NCBI RefSeq assembly: GCF_964204645.1
Contig: NC_134028.1
Span: 20,952,345 to 21,016,344 of the forward strand
From: Tubulanus polymorphus
Taxonomy: Eukaryota > Animalia > Nemertea
Direction of reading: 5' to 3'
DNA length: 64,000 nt
Shown: positions 20,136 to 31,300 of the stretch, piece after piece
How the letters are laid out: every line of letters begins with the position of its first letter
Numbering within the stretch: position 1 is the stretch's first letter
Program-made: the position numbers and the translations under genes
The notes under the pieces: model-generated
What the model was told of the DNA's origin: nothing
What the model saw: only the letters and a program-made list of their open reading frames with translations
Database searches by the model: none

Positions 20136-22559
20136 CTATCCAGAACATCCACGACACCCGCAATGAATGCACTCGACTATTTTACCCTAAAAAATATTCA
20201 AATAAAATAAAAAATATTCAAATGTGTTATTTTTACTGAAACAACAAGATTTGTGAATGAAATACAGAAGAACAAACTTCAGAGCCCAGTTGTATCGACA
20301 AAGTTACCCCTAAGGGTAAATCCTTAATCAGGGCAACTACCACCATTTTAACAATGAGAAAACATGGTAAAAACTTGACAAATTTCAAAATGTCCCCAGC
20401 AGCAATTAAGTTGCCTGCAAAACTATAAAATTTTGCTAGGGAGACCAGAAAATCTGTTTGTTATAACCCATCGGTAAAATCGATAGTTCTAAACACAGCG
20501 AAACCTTGTTCAACAACTATGATATGAGGCTGATCCCCTCTGAATGCCGCATATTCTAAGTTCAATCTCTACAATATGAGGCTGATCCCATCTGAATGCC
20601 ACGTATTCTAAGTTCAATCTCTATGATATGAGGCTGATCCCCTCTGAATACCACGTATTTTAAGTTCAATCTCTACAATATGAGGCTGATCCCCTCTGAA
20701 TGCCACGTATTCTAAGTTCAATCTCTATGATATGAGGCTGATCCCCTCTGAATACCACGTATTCTAAGTTCAATCTCTACAATATGAGGCTGATCCTCTG
20801 AATGCGGTTCTGCGTATTCTATGATACTTACCTCTTCAAGCTTTGCTTTGGGCACACGACAAATACAGTTCGTTCCAAAGTTAGTATCTCGTGCTTGTAT
20901 ACATCGTAGACAGCACAGGTTTTCATAGCCTTGTTTTTTCCACTTTGCGATCAGATTCTTATCAGCTATTCCCTCCTTTAAACAGTAGTCATACAACTCT
21001 GCAATGATAAAAACTTTTTTAGTACATAGTTACACAATAATGAGGTTGGTACTACAACGTACATTTTAGAATATGAGACACCACGCACGAAGGCTGATGA
21101 TAACTGTAATTAATTATTTTACCTCTGCTTATAGCCCTACGTTTGTAGTAAAGGTCATAGATATATCTGGACTTCTGGTGGTGAATTCTGAATATCGGCC
21201 ATAATCCTTCTACCTTCCGTTTGCCTTCATGCGGATCTATTTCAGCTGCAAATGAATAAAGAGATTTATGCAAAAACAACTGACACAATTAGGTCTAGAG
21301 GTTTATATTATTTAAATACTCATTCCTACGCTTTTATTTTATAGACCCCCTAAAGCTGCAGTTTGTGGGTCTACAATAGACAGGGAAAGTAGTAGTCAGA
21401 AGTAGTCAGTGATCTGTCTGTGGTTTAGTTTCACGATCAGGGGCCAGAAGTTGGTAAAAGATAACCAATGAATGAATGAATACCATAGTAAGTAACAATA
21501 AAGTCTTAATTATTACTATGTCAACCATCCACTGGTTAACTCTAACTTGGCTGCTTAATATAAATATTGGCTAACATAAAACATCCAAGATTTTGGAAAT
21601 AAAAATCCTACAAGGTTGAAGATTATTTTTGTCCATTTTAATATTCGCTCGGGCTATTTTTACGACGCCGTAAACGGATGACACTAGCTATATTTACGAC
21701 GTTTCATTCTGATTGGCTAATCACGTTGCGCACGCGCACCAAAAATTCAAGGCAAGTGTGGAGAGTTAGAGAAAATAGAGCGGATCGAGCGAGACTCGAA
21801 CCCGGGCCAGTAAATTACTAGTGCAGCATCATACCACTAGACCACCGAGCTCGCTGGTAATCGGTCGAATGTTTTAACTAGATATAGCCTCACCTTACCC
21901 TAATCCTATCCCTAGGGGGTAAAACGGACCCTTACCCTAACCCTAACCCTCTTCTCACCCTCTTGACACTAATCCTCCCCTCTCTAGACCATAATCCTAA
22001 ATTCAATATAAAACCGTCGTAATTATAGAATTCACGACCGCTTTACGACACCGTAAATATAGCCACCTTGTTTAATATTCTTTGACAGTTCATTTTCCAT
22101 GTGTAAATGGCCACCAAGTTTATTGTAGTTTTTCAGTTTAGTTCAGTCCAGTTCAGAAGATGGTGCAGGATAACCCATACGGGTCTTAAGCAAATTTGAT
22201 ATATATCGTAAAAAAACTCGAGAAAAATAATTTGAGCGTCGAGAGGCAAGCTTTTATGTTAAAAATTAAAAACAGTGATTTGACCCTGTTACTTATTCGA
22301 TCGGTAGATTTCGTTTGATTTTATGATTTGGTGTCCCTTGCAAACCTACCATACCTGCCGGAAGCGAAGCGACATACTTTTAATGTCGACAAAGAAGGAG
22401 AATGCAATAAATACAAATTAATTGAATTTGTATTGAATTTAAACACTCGAGTTTTTCATTTTTACCTTCTCTCATTTTCTGATCGAGTTCGTCAAGTGTT
22501 GGTTCGATGAGTTCCCATCCGTCCGGAGGAGGTTTTCTACTCTTTCTCACTTTCGGCAT
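20136..22559 (-). CDS. BUD31: Protein BUD31 homolog (G10 splicing factor), 4 coding exons
   Basis: Exons 22559-22466, 21245-21123, 20998-20832, 20186-20136. [22 protein letters not shown]..., [16 protein letters not shown], ends [13 protein letters not shown]. Confidence 0.98.
20516..20826. repeat. 52-bp minisatellite, ~6 copies with alternating variants
   Basis: Unit CTAYRATATGAGGCTGATCCCCTCTGAATRCCACGTATTCTAAGTTCAATCT; TATGAT and TACAAT variants alternate; abuts the BUD31 exon 3 donor. Confidence 0.93.
21652..22064 (-). mobile_element. Inverted-repeat element with internal pseudo-tRNA and telomere-like tract, copy 2 (best preserved)
   Basis: Ends GGCTATTTTTTACGACGCCGTAAA / TTTACGACACCGTAAATATAGCC. 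Pseudo-tRNA on minus strand ~21782-21852 (TGGTCTAGTGG...GGTTCGAGTCT). CCCTAACCCTAACCC at ~21935. Direct repeat TTTAATATTC just outside both ends. Confidence 0.8.
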
Positions 22560-23050
22560 TTTCACAATAATTAAAATAAGGCCTATAAACAAAAAATTTA
22601 CCAAACACTAACTAGCGATCACAAGCAATGGATATTTCACAACCACCAGGCGCGGAGAGCAATGGAATCCAATTAATCTTTATTGATCCTACATGTGATA
22701 CGCGGGTTAATCGCCGGAACACTAATGATAAAGAATAAACAGCATAACAATAACGATAAACACATCTTTAAAAGAAAAATAGATTATGAATGATAAATGA
22801 TTAAGGATTTACAAAACACTAGAACAGCATGTAGAAACTAAGAGAGAGGCTGGAATGGGCTCCATGATTCCGGCCCGGCGCCGAAACTATTAAAATGAAT
22901 TATAAACCTATATTCATAACTTTTATCTTAATTCATAGAATCGTATTAACTGCGACGAAAAATATACACGGACAAGCAGTATGCGCGCTCACGACCAAAC
23001 ATATTTTCTTAAATCTTTTCTGTTAATTACGAATTCTGGCTTAAGTTCTT

Positions 23051-23233
23051 GGATGTCTGGCACCAGTTACATCCGATGTAACTGTCTGAGCTAGCCTCTA
23101 TCCGCCGGGCCAGCACTTCGCTGGAAGTGACCTAGCCTTTCGAGGGAGGCTAGGGATTGCTCATGGTTCACCTGCCATGACCCCAAGACCATGGAGGGCG
23201 CAGATTGTCTCACTGTCTGCGTCCTAGGCTCAG
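23051..23233 (+). ncRNA. Candidate structured RNA element of unknown family
   Basis: GC-rich island with about seven nested helices found by eye (see findings). No recognisable snRNA, RNase P/MRP, SRP or 7SK signature. Confidence 0.35.
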
Positions 23234-23586
23234 TATCGAACTGGTCAAGCCCGTACCCTTCACAAACACTGTTTCAATATAGAGTGTGCTCCGATTCACA
23301 ACAAACTAACACAGGACAGTCTCAGTATCTCCCTCTGTAATAGAAATCTTTTCTAGCTATTGAAAAGAATTCACTCACCAAGTGAGAATTTGGTATTTGG
23401 CCCATCCAAAATGTTGCGCCGATGGCTTGAATGGAAGATGATAGGTATATATATAAATCTCAATATGTTGTTAAAAATGAATACTATGTTCTGGTAATTT
23501 CTCCCTCAAAAAGCAAATCCATGAATCCATAGGAGAAGACCTTACTGGTTCGACCAGTTTACGAAAATGTAAATGTTTTTTTTTTT

Positions 23587-24624
23587 TCAATTAACATTTG
23601 CCACAAGTCTGTGCCTCCGATGTAGGCAACTGTTGAATGCAAGAGATCGGAATCTTTTACTCGATAAACAATAAACAACGAAATTGACAGAAGAATCAAT
23701 TTGAACAAACAGGGCCGCTACATAGAAGAAATTAAGATTTGGGATAAAACCTTTGAATTTGAAAGAAATATTAAGCAATTTGTGCATGGCCATTGGCATC
23801 TCGAACAAAGAAAATGCTGTTATAACCGAAATCGCTAGTAATACAGCTTGGTTGTCATTTATTTTTTTAGTACTGATTTTTGAACGCCTTTTGGAAGCTA
23901 TATATAATGAAATTACTAGAATTACATTTGCAAAAGCTATGCCAAAAAATGGTACAAATATACCTAACAAGAGTATCAGGCCTATTATTTTTGAAATTTG
24001 GGGAGGGGCGCGCACGAAGAACAGCAGGTTTCGTCTACTAGGGCAAAGAACATTAATTTGTTTAAGATCTTTAGTGAAATAATGCCAGCCTTGAGTGCCG
24101 AAACTCATAATAACTATGAACAATAGATAAATGTTACACTTGGTTTTTGTGCAAAGGATTTTAGATTTTAATGGGAAGAACACGACAGTCAATCGCTCTA
24201 AACTAATCAACATCGTTATTAGGTTTCTAATCATTTTGAAAATGTCCATTACAACAGCTACATGACGTCGGAGAGCTGGACCGATTAAATCACTGTTGTC
24301 AAAATAATAAATGTCGTCACCAAACTTAAGCAATCCGTCAAAATATGCTCCAGACCTTGCGACGGCAACACTCAACAGAAACAGATTATCAGCTATTGTC
24401 AGCAGTCGTAGAATGTAATACGTGGTAACATCTGATTTAAATCGAGAGAGAACGAAATATGTGTAAACATTGAGGACAAATCCCGAGACCCAAATTGCAG
24501 GTAAACAATAAACAAACACTATAACAATGTTAACGTTTTGCTTGTTAAGAGGACAATCATTTTCAGCTGTGGTAGAATTTTGCGTCAACCAGTTTGAGTC
24601 GTTTCTAATCGTTTTAGTTGTCAT
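23587..24624 (-). CDS. Intronless rhodopsin-class 7TM GPCR (FMRFamide-receptor/Srw-like orphan), 345 aa
   Basis: N-terminal N-glycosylation sequons; seven hydrophobic segments; LTIADNLFL (TM2), SLERLTVVFFPL (DRY-like), FEMP (TM6), DSSVNFVVYCLSSKRFR (TM7/helix 8). Confidence 0.9.
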   Translation of the reverse strand: MTTKTIRNDSNWLTQNSTTAENDCPLNKQNVNIVIVFVYCLPAIWVSGFVLNVYTYFVLSRFKSDVTTYYILRLLTIADNLFLLSVAVARSGAYFDGLLKFGDDIYYFDNSDLIGPALRRHVAVVMDIFKMIRNLITMLISLERLTVVFFPLKSKILCTKTKCNIYLLFIVIMSFGTQGWHYFTKDLKQINVLCPSRRNLLFFVRAPPQISKIIGLILLLGIFVPFFGIAFANVILVISLYIASKRRSKISTKKINDNQAVLLAISVITAFSLFEMPMAMHKLLNISFKFKGFIPNLNFFYVAALFVQIDSSVNFVVYCLSSKRFRSLAFNSCLHRRHRLVANVN

Positions 24625-25376
24625 ACTAAGTGAGAAAGAGAGAGAGAGAGAGCACGCGAGAGAGAGGGATCCGCCTCTTAGATTTACTTACAGCATAATG
24701 GAAATATTCGCTGAATAGTTTAACCAATTTTCCGATTTTCAGAAGAATAGCGCTTTCGGGTGCAAATTAGAGTTTCATTTAACGAATCCACCTCTGACCG
24801 TCAACTTACAGCGGTGGATAGTGAAATATTGAGGCATATTAGAATTGCACGGAATGATATAATATGGTGTTTGACGATTGGGTGAAAAATGTTGTGTTAC
24901 ATTTACTCTAACGCTCATTTTATTGATGAAACTTGAAACCTTGCACATCTTTAAGATATTATTCTACATATAAATGTAGAACGAGAGCAATTCCACAATA
25001 GATTCAGCCGACTTTAAATTTTGGTTGATTGTTCAAAACTTTCTACTGTATTTGGCGGTGCCACAATTACGGTGTCCATTTTTCGCTACGTGTATGGCTA
25101 CAGTGATGACCTTGTCTGATCGTCATTTAAGTATAATTGTTGTCCAAGAACAAAATGGCATTTATATGTTCATTAAATTCTTCGATCGTCCTAAGTTGTA
25201 AGTCAATAATTTCAATGTGGTGCTTGACATCGGTTCATAAAATGCTGATTTACTTTACGGTTTTATCGATATGAACAGCGTGTCCTCGATCTCATGTTAT
25301 TTCTAGCATTTCATCACATTCATCATTTCAAAACACACAATTAAATAAAAGCATTGAATTACACAAACACATTTAA

Positions 25377-25521
25377 CAGTCAACCCCTGATATACCGCCC
25401 TCCCATATACCGCTACCCCGCCTACCGCCAGGTTTTCTCAATGTACATCACAATACAAACACTAAGTAAAACATCCCGTTATACCGACGTACTCTCTTTA
25501 CTCTCTATACCGCCAAAATCT
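25377..25521. mobile_element. Truncated copy of the pogo/Tigger-like MITE at 52504-52679
   Basis: CAGTCAACCCC.GATATACCGCCCTCCCATA...TCTCAATGTACATC...CTCTATACCGCCAAAATC; right TIR missing. Confidence 0.85.
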
Positions 25522-25586
25522 TCATGAGATACATATAGAACCGTAGTTTAGAAGAGATCTAATAACGTAATTTAATTGTTTTGCAG

Positions 25587-27170
25587 AGAAGTACACCGGA
25601 CGATGAATGCAGGCTAGATTTACCCGGTATCGTGGTTCTAGACGTCGCCACGAGAAAAGTAGGAAAATCGGGAAAAGTTGAACTGCGTTTTTATTGTAAA
25701 CCGGACATTTCTGGATTTTTGACGAGATTTTCATCCGCGGTAAATAACTCGTATTCCAGATCATATCCGCCGAATTACACAGGTATCACACCAAATTCAC
25801 TGAACTACGTACTTCTACGAAATGTATATAGCCAAAAACTATGAGAACTTAAAAAGCATTTAACTATAGATTGGTGAAACACTTGTGTCCGTGCTCTGAC
25901 GATATATTGAGAATCCCGCACCGGTTTAACAAGAAAATTAAGCTTATAATCTATTGGTCCGATGTTTCGACTATTAAATAGTCATCTTCAGGAATCTTCG
26001 AAATGGCTATTAGGTTAGAATCAATGTGGGATTCTCTGTCTAAAAGCATTTAACTAATTCTGAAAATTACATCCTCACTTCTTTTTCCGAAATAAGCGTC
26101 TAGTATACAATTTACAAAGGAATGACCAGAACATCGTTTCAAACAAAACTAATGGCAAATTAGAAGTAGATTTGTGTGTCTTATTGCTGTCATCGTAGTC
26201 TTCAAAATGTCTCGCGGTAATTTTTGATTTGGTCAATTACAGATAAAGATGGCATTTCTGGATACTTTGATCGAAAAGGAAAACTGTGTTCGATCGGCGT
26301 GAAAATACCGTCGATCAAATCCGATGAGTTTTTGGAGTCGATGCGATACGCCGCCGTATTGAGGAAGAAGTCGTGTCGAGGTTTACATATACTTTATATA
26401 TCGAGGGGCGGTCTAGACGCGGGAACGTACGCAGTGAACGCGCCTTCGCTCTCCAGTCATATCCCGATGGATATAAGCGGTCGGCCAACATTCGATATCA
26501 AAGCCGAGATGAAGTTCAAGTCGGAGCCTACTTCGCATACGGGGAGTGCCGAAACTTCAGTTTCATCATTCGATCCGAGAGCCGGGGTGACGCATATGAT
26601 TACTGAATACATGTTCGGCTAAGCAGCGAGTGTTGCCTGTAATTTTGCAGAAAAAAAGGCAACGTCGTTAAAATGAATTTAAGAATCAACAACAACGATT
26701 TCAAAGGCGAACATCCTTGGTTAGTTTGCGTTCAGTTATCGCATACCCAGAAATACACGAAAAAGCACAGTTCCCTTATCACGCAACGGGACTTGTGCAC
26801 GGAAACCAATTACGACAAGACGAAATCACTCGAGGCAAAACCGTCTGTCATATCCCGGGGGAACATTCATAAAATGAACGACAACAAAAAGTACTATATC
26901 AAATTCAACCCTGGTGAATTAGTGAATATCGGCTGTGTCTACACGGGAAACGTGGTGCATCCGCCTAAAGTTCGAATTCAGTATAAAAATGGCACCGAAA
27001 AGGAATTACCTCAGTATTACGTCTCGTCTACGACGGGTTAACCGTTCAATTCGGCGCGGGGCTGTGGGAGGCGAAATCGTTCTCGATCGGAGATCGAATC
27101 GTGTGTTCGTCTCCTAAGATACAGACAAAAGACTGGGTCGAAGTCGCGTTATCGCCGACGAAGGAACACA
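25587..27170 (+). pseudogene. Probable decayed gene with an Ig-like segment
   Basis: Exon-like 25587-25740 (AG...GT) and acceptor at ~26242. ORFs 26373-26606 and 26673-27041 share a frame, broken by TGA (26604) and TAA (26640). GELVNIGCVYTGNVVHPPKVRIQYKNG resembles an Ig B-C strand pattern but lacks the Trp. Confidence 0.4.
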
Positions 27171-28314
27171 TCCTCATATTTCGCAATTATACGCAATTTT
27201 CATACGTCAGTTAATACAGCTGAAATAGGAACCAGTATAATGTGTGTGCTAATTGTATAAATGCCACAGCAGGCCACGTATCGAATATTCCTCAAATAAT
27301 TGTATTCATAAAATTCCAGTGGACTTTTTTTTCTTTGCAGCCGAGTTTAACTAGAAAAGATGATAAATCGCCGCCATTTTGTCAACGTTTTTGTATGTTT
27401 GCAATTTTTTCCAGTATACCAAATACTGATAATATGAATAAAGGCAACATTAAAAGGATTTCTCTTGTCATGTTATTATTGATGATGGGAGAAGGATTGA
27501 GGATAATCCACCGCTGATATAAAGAGGATATCATTCGATTCAAGTTACTTCGTCTTTCAAAACTGTTGTACATGTAGTGGCCATATAAAGCGAGAAATAA
27601 GGACATTTTAGGTAAAGTTAAAAGAAAAAATCGTAGTTTCTGCAGCTGCTTTTGACGCTCTGGAGATCTTCGTAATTTGTTTTTGGTTTATCATTCGTCG
27701 TGAAATTGATCGTCGGATCGGCCTACGCCTAATTAGGTCAATATTTACAAGAGGTCTACCCCCCCCCCCCTCCCACTTTTATACAGTGAACGTCCTACAG
27801 TGCCACTGTTTGGACCTGGAACACTAGCATTATAACGAAATAGGCATTGCATTAGAATGGCATTTTCTATTGTATTCATTTTTTCGCTGAATTGGCTCGT
27901 TAACAGTGAGTGTGGCATCAAGAAGGGTCGACATTATGACTTTGACTTGCTGTACTATATGCTGCCTAGTCTCAATTGCGACGCCTAATTTCAAATCGTC
28001 CTTGAAACTTGATCTAGGATCTAGTCCTATCAAGTGTGCCGGGGGACGGAAAGTGCCTTTTGGCCAATTGAGTGAACTAAGGACGACGCCGATCAGTCAC
28101 ACGATCGTTCAGTCACGGTAGTTGGTAACATGTCTGTGGTACAGCTGCCGTGAAAATGAACGGCCCGGGAGTCGCGGGTACCTTCGTATACATGCATATT
28201 CTCGGAGACATCCTTCATAAGTAAATTAGTTACATCTACTCGACAACAATGTTTTAATATTAATTCTGCTATTCATTTCCATTTCCTGACGCAGCCGTTC
28301 AATAATAATAGAAT

Positions 28315-31300
28315 ATGGACAAAATAAGGAGAATTACGCCGATTCTATCCATTTGTAGGTTAATTACTTTGACAACATTTTCCACAAGTCAGCCTACACT
28401 AAAAATCGCAGGTGTGGTGGGTCTGTATAAGGGACACTCAATCAAAAATCAAACGAAATTTACCACCCAACAAATGAAAAACAGGGACTATCCCTATTTT
28501 AAGATAAAAAAATCGAGTTATCAAACAAACCCAAATCGCTAATTATTTCATTCATACAATCCCAGATGGCCTTTTAAAATTTTTAGGACCTAAAATTTAA
28601 AAAGTAGCAGTTTTCTCAGACAGTCGCAGGGCTCACCCTGTCAAATTAAGGCCTTATGACTGTTATGTAGTTGGTTACCTAATCGTTGTTGGTAAGCTTT
28701 TTATAATTGGATGGGCTTATACCAACGTTAGGGATGACAAGGGCCATATTATACTTTCTAGCGACTTCAGTCCACAATTAATGGCTTAATTCACGAACTA
28801 ACACCGGTACATTTCGAAATAATCCAATTTTATGTATGTTTCGAGCGATTAATCAACATTTTTTTGAGAAATTAATCAATTTCTCCACAAATTCTACCAT
28901 TGGCCGCCAATCCGATCGTGAAACTAAACCACAGATTGGTTACTGACAATATGTTATGGAAAAGCTACCATCTATTTGATACGTGATACCAACATAATGT
29001 TCTTTCCAGCTCAAAAGTCAAAATGTTTCCAGAAGATGTTGTCCTCTTCACCTGCTGGGAATGTTACTGTTGATAAACAGGAGGGTAAGTTTTAGGGGTA
29101 AATTGTAGATCCTAAAACCGAGTCGTACACAAAATGGCAGCTTTTTCAACCCATAATACTAGGTCTGAAGAGCAGAAGGGTTAGTATCAAAAGGGTTTAG
29201 GGTAAAGGGGTAGGTGAGGCTTAGCGGTTTTTTACTATAAGGTAGCCTAGGGTAAGGCTACAAGTAGTCATAAAATCGGTGGTTCCGGTAGCTAGCACCG
29301 CTAGCGCTGTGGGAAAATGTTGCGCTTACACTCTCGTGTCTGCGTGTACGAATCCCGATTTTTAGTTCATTTTCAAGAGTTTTCTAAGTCCAGACTATTG
29401 CACATGCAGCACGTGCGGTAGTCACAGTTTTCAAATGTCCTTGAAAAATTTATGTTTCGGGAAAAAAGTAAATAAAAGGGCACACAATTTGTGCGCCATA
29501 AAAATAATTGCTTTTCTGTACTTGGCCTAAAGCAAAATGTGAATGAGATAAATTGCCCAAAATCATAAAAGGCAATCTAAGGCATTTTTTTTTTTATTCA
29601 AAGGGGCACTATTCTTAAAGAGACATTATTGTTGCTCTATAAATTTAATCGAAAACAGGCAAATTTCGTCAAAAATCTAAAAAAAAGGCATAAGCAAATT
29701 GAATGTGAAGGCAAATTTAGTGGCATGATACCAATGAATGGCACTCAAACTCAAACTCACTCGCTGGGCATTAATACTGGCCCTTTCCCAAAATTGATGC
29801 CCTTTTTTCACTGTGCTGTAGTCACTGTATGGCCCTGGATCCGCGCCTGCTGCGGTAGTCTCGTTTCTAGCCATTGTACAGGAACCACAACGTCTGGTAT
29901 TCAGATTACTGATGTGAGGCGCTAGGGCAAGGTTCTACAATATCCCTCTATATGTACTGGGGTAGAGTCTACTCTAAATGAATAATATTTGTAATATTAT
30001 GTACCGGTAATATGAAACATTTCATTTTCATGTAATCATTGCCTGCATACATAATAATATTGATTATTTGTAGGATTGGCTGTTCTGAAGATGCATCGTA
30101 AGCCTGTGAACAGTTTGAATACAGAGTTTCTAAAAGAGCTCACCGAAACATTAGATTCATTGGAGAAAGATAAGGAGACGAAAGGTGTCATTTTAACATC
30201 AGTAAGGCCCCAAACCTGTATCTCTGATCCTAATCCTAACCCTAAGCCTAAGCCTAGCATTACAGTTCAATTTCTTATTTCAAGCTCAGAACAGGCCTTA
30301 TAAGCGTGACCAACTTAAGGTACTGTGAGAAACCTGAGTTCATTTTTCTGGCGGGTTTTATAAATGTTTCTAGGCTATGTTTGTCATTGGGACAATAAAG
30401 CCTTCCGCGGGATGTCCCATTAAGTTGCAATCATTCGTTGAATTTTTCTGCTTCACCCAATGATTAAAATGGTGATATGCTTTTTACAGGGTATCCCAAA
30501 AATATTCAGCGCTGGATTGGACATAATGGAGATGTATAATAGTACCGACGAAAAGGTGCGAGATTTCTGGTTCCATCATCAGTCATTTTGGATGAAACTT
30601 TACGGATCGAAATTATTCACAATTGCTCAAATAAATGTAAGTACTATGTCCTCATAACGCGTTCAACTATGTCCTCATAACAAAATCAACTATGTCCTCA
30701 TATTGAGTTCAACAATGTCCTCATATCGAGTTCAAATATGTCCTTGTATCAGGTTCAACTATGACCTTGTATCGAGTTCAACTATGTGTTTAACTATCTC
30801 CTCTTTTCGAGTTAAAATATGTCCTCATATCAGGTTCAAATATGTCCTCCTATCAAGTTCAACTATGTCCTCGTATCGAGTTCAACTATGTCCTCGTTTC
30901 GAGTTCAAATATGTCCTCCTATCAGGTTCAACTATGTCCTCGTATCTGTTTCAACTATGTCCTCGTATCGGGTTCAAATTTGTCCTCTTATCAGATTCAA
31001 TTATGTCCTCGTATTGGGTTCAACTTTGTCCTCGTATCAGGTTCAAATATGTCCTTGTATCAAGTTCAACTTTGTCCTCGTATCAAGTTCAACTATGTCT
31101 TCATATCAGGTTCAACTATGTCCTCCTATCGAGGTCAAATATGTCCTCATAGCAGGGTCAACTATCGAGTTCAAGATCACAAAGTAAATAATGAAATTAG
31201 TTTCGTTCCATGTCCGTGATAAAATGGGCTTGGTTTGAAAAAACGAAATTTAGAAATTACGACATTTAGAAATTGACTGTATAATGAACTAATTTTGATT

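Noticed and set aside
21782-21852. Functional tRNA gene (also 4550-4613)
   Set aside because: A and B boxes are present but acceptor and anticodon stems do not pair; embedded in a dispersed repeat.
23051-23589. SECIS element for the GPCR TGA stop, or 7SK / HDV-like ribozyme identity for the structured region
   Set aside because: No properly spaced AUGA-AA-GA kink-turn, and read-through gives only a poly-A-encoded tail. The 7SK GAUC motifs are absent. The HDV-like GCC-TCCCTCG-GGC on the minus strand has no matching P1.
23753-24082. Antisense ORFs over the GPCR and over NCX exon 1 (47867-48506)
   Set aside because: Shadow ORFs of real coding sequence with no independent evidence.
30228-30258. 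Interstitial telomere
   Set aside because: Only ~5 degenerate CCTAAN units; similar tracts elsewhere belong to a dispersed repeat.
30703-31219. Three overlapping ORFs
   Set aside because: Stop-poor 23-bp minisatellite inside ECI1 intron 4.
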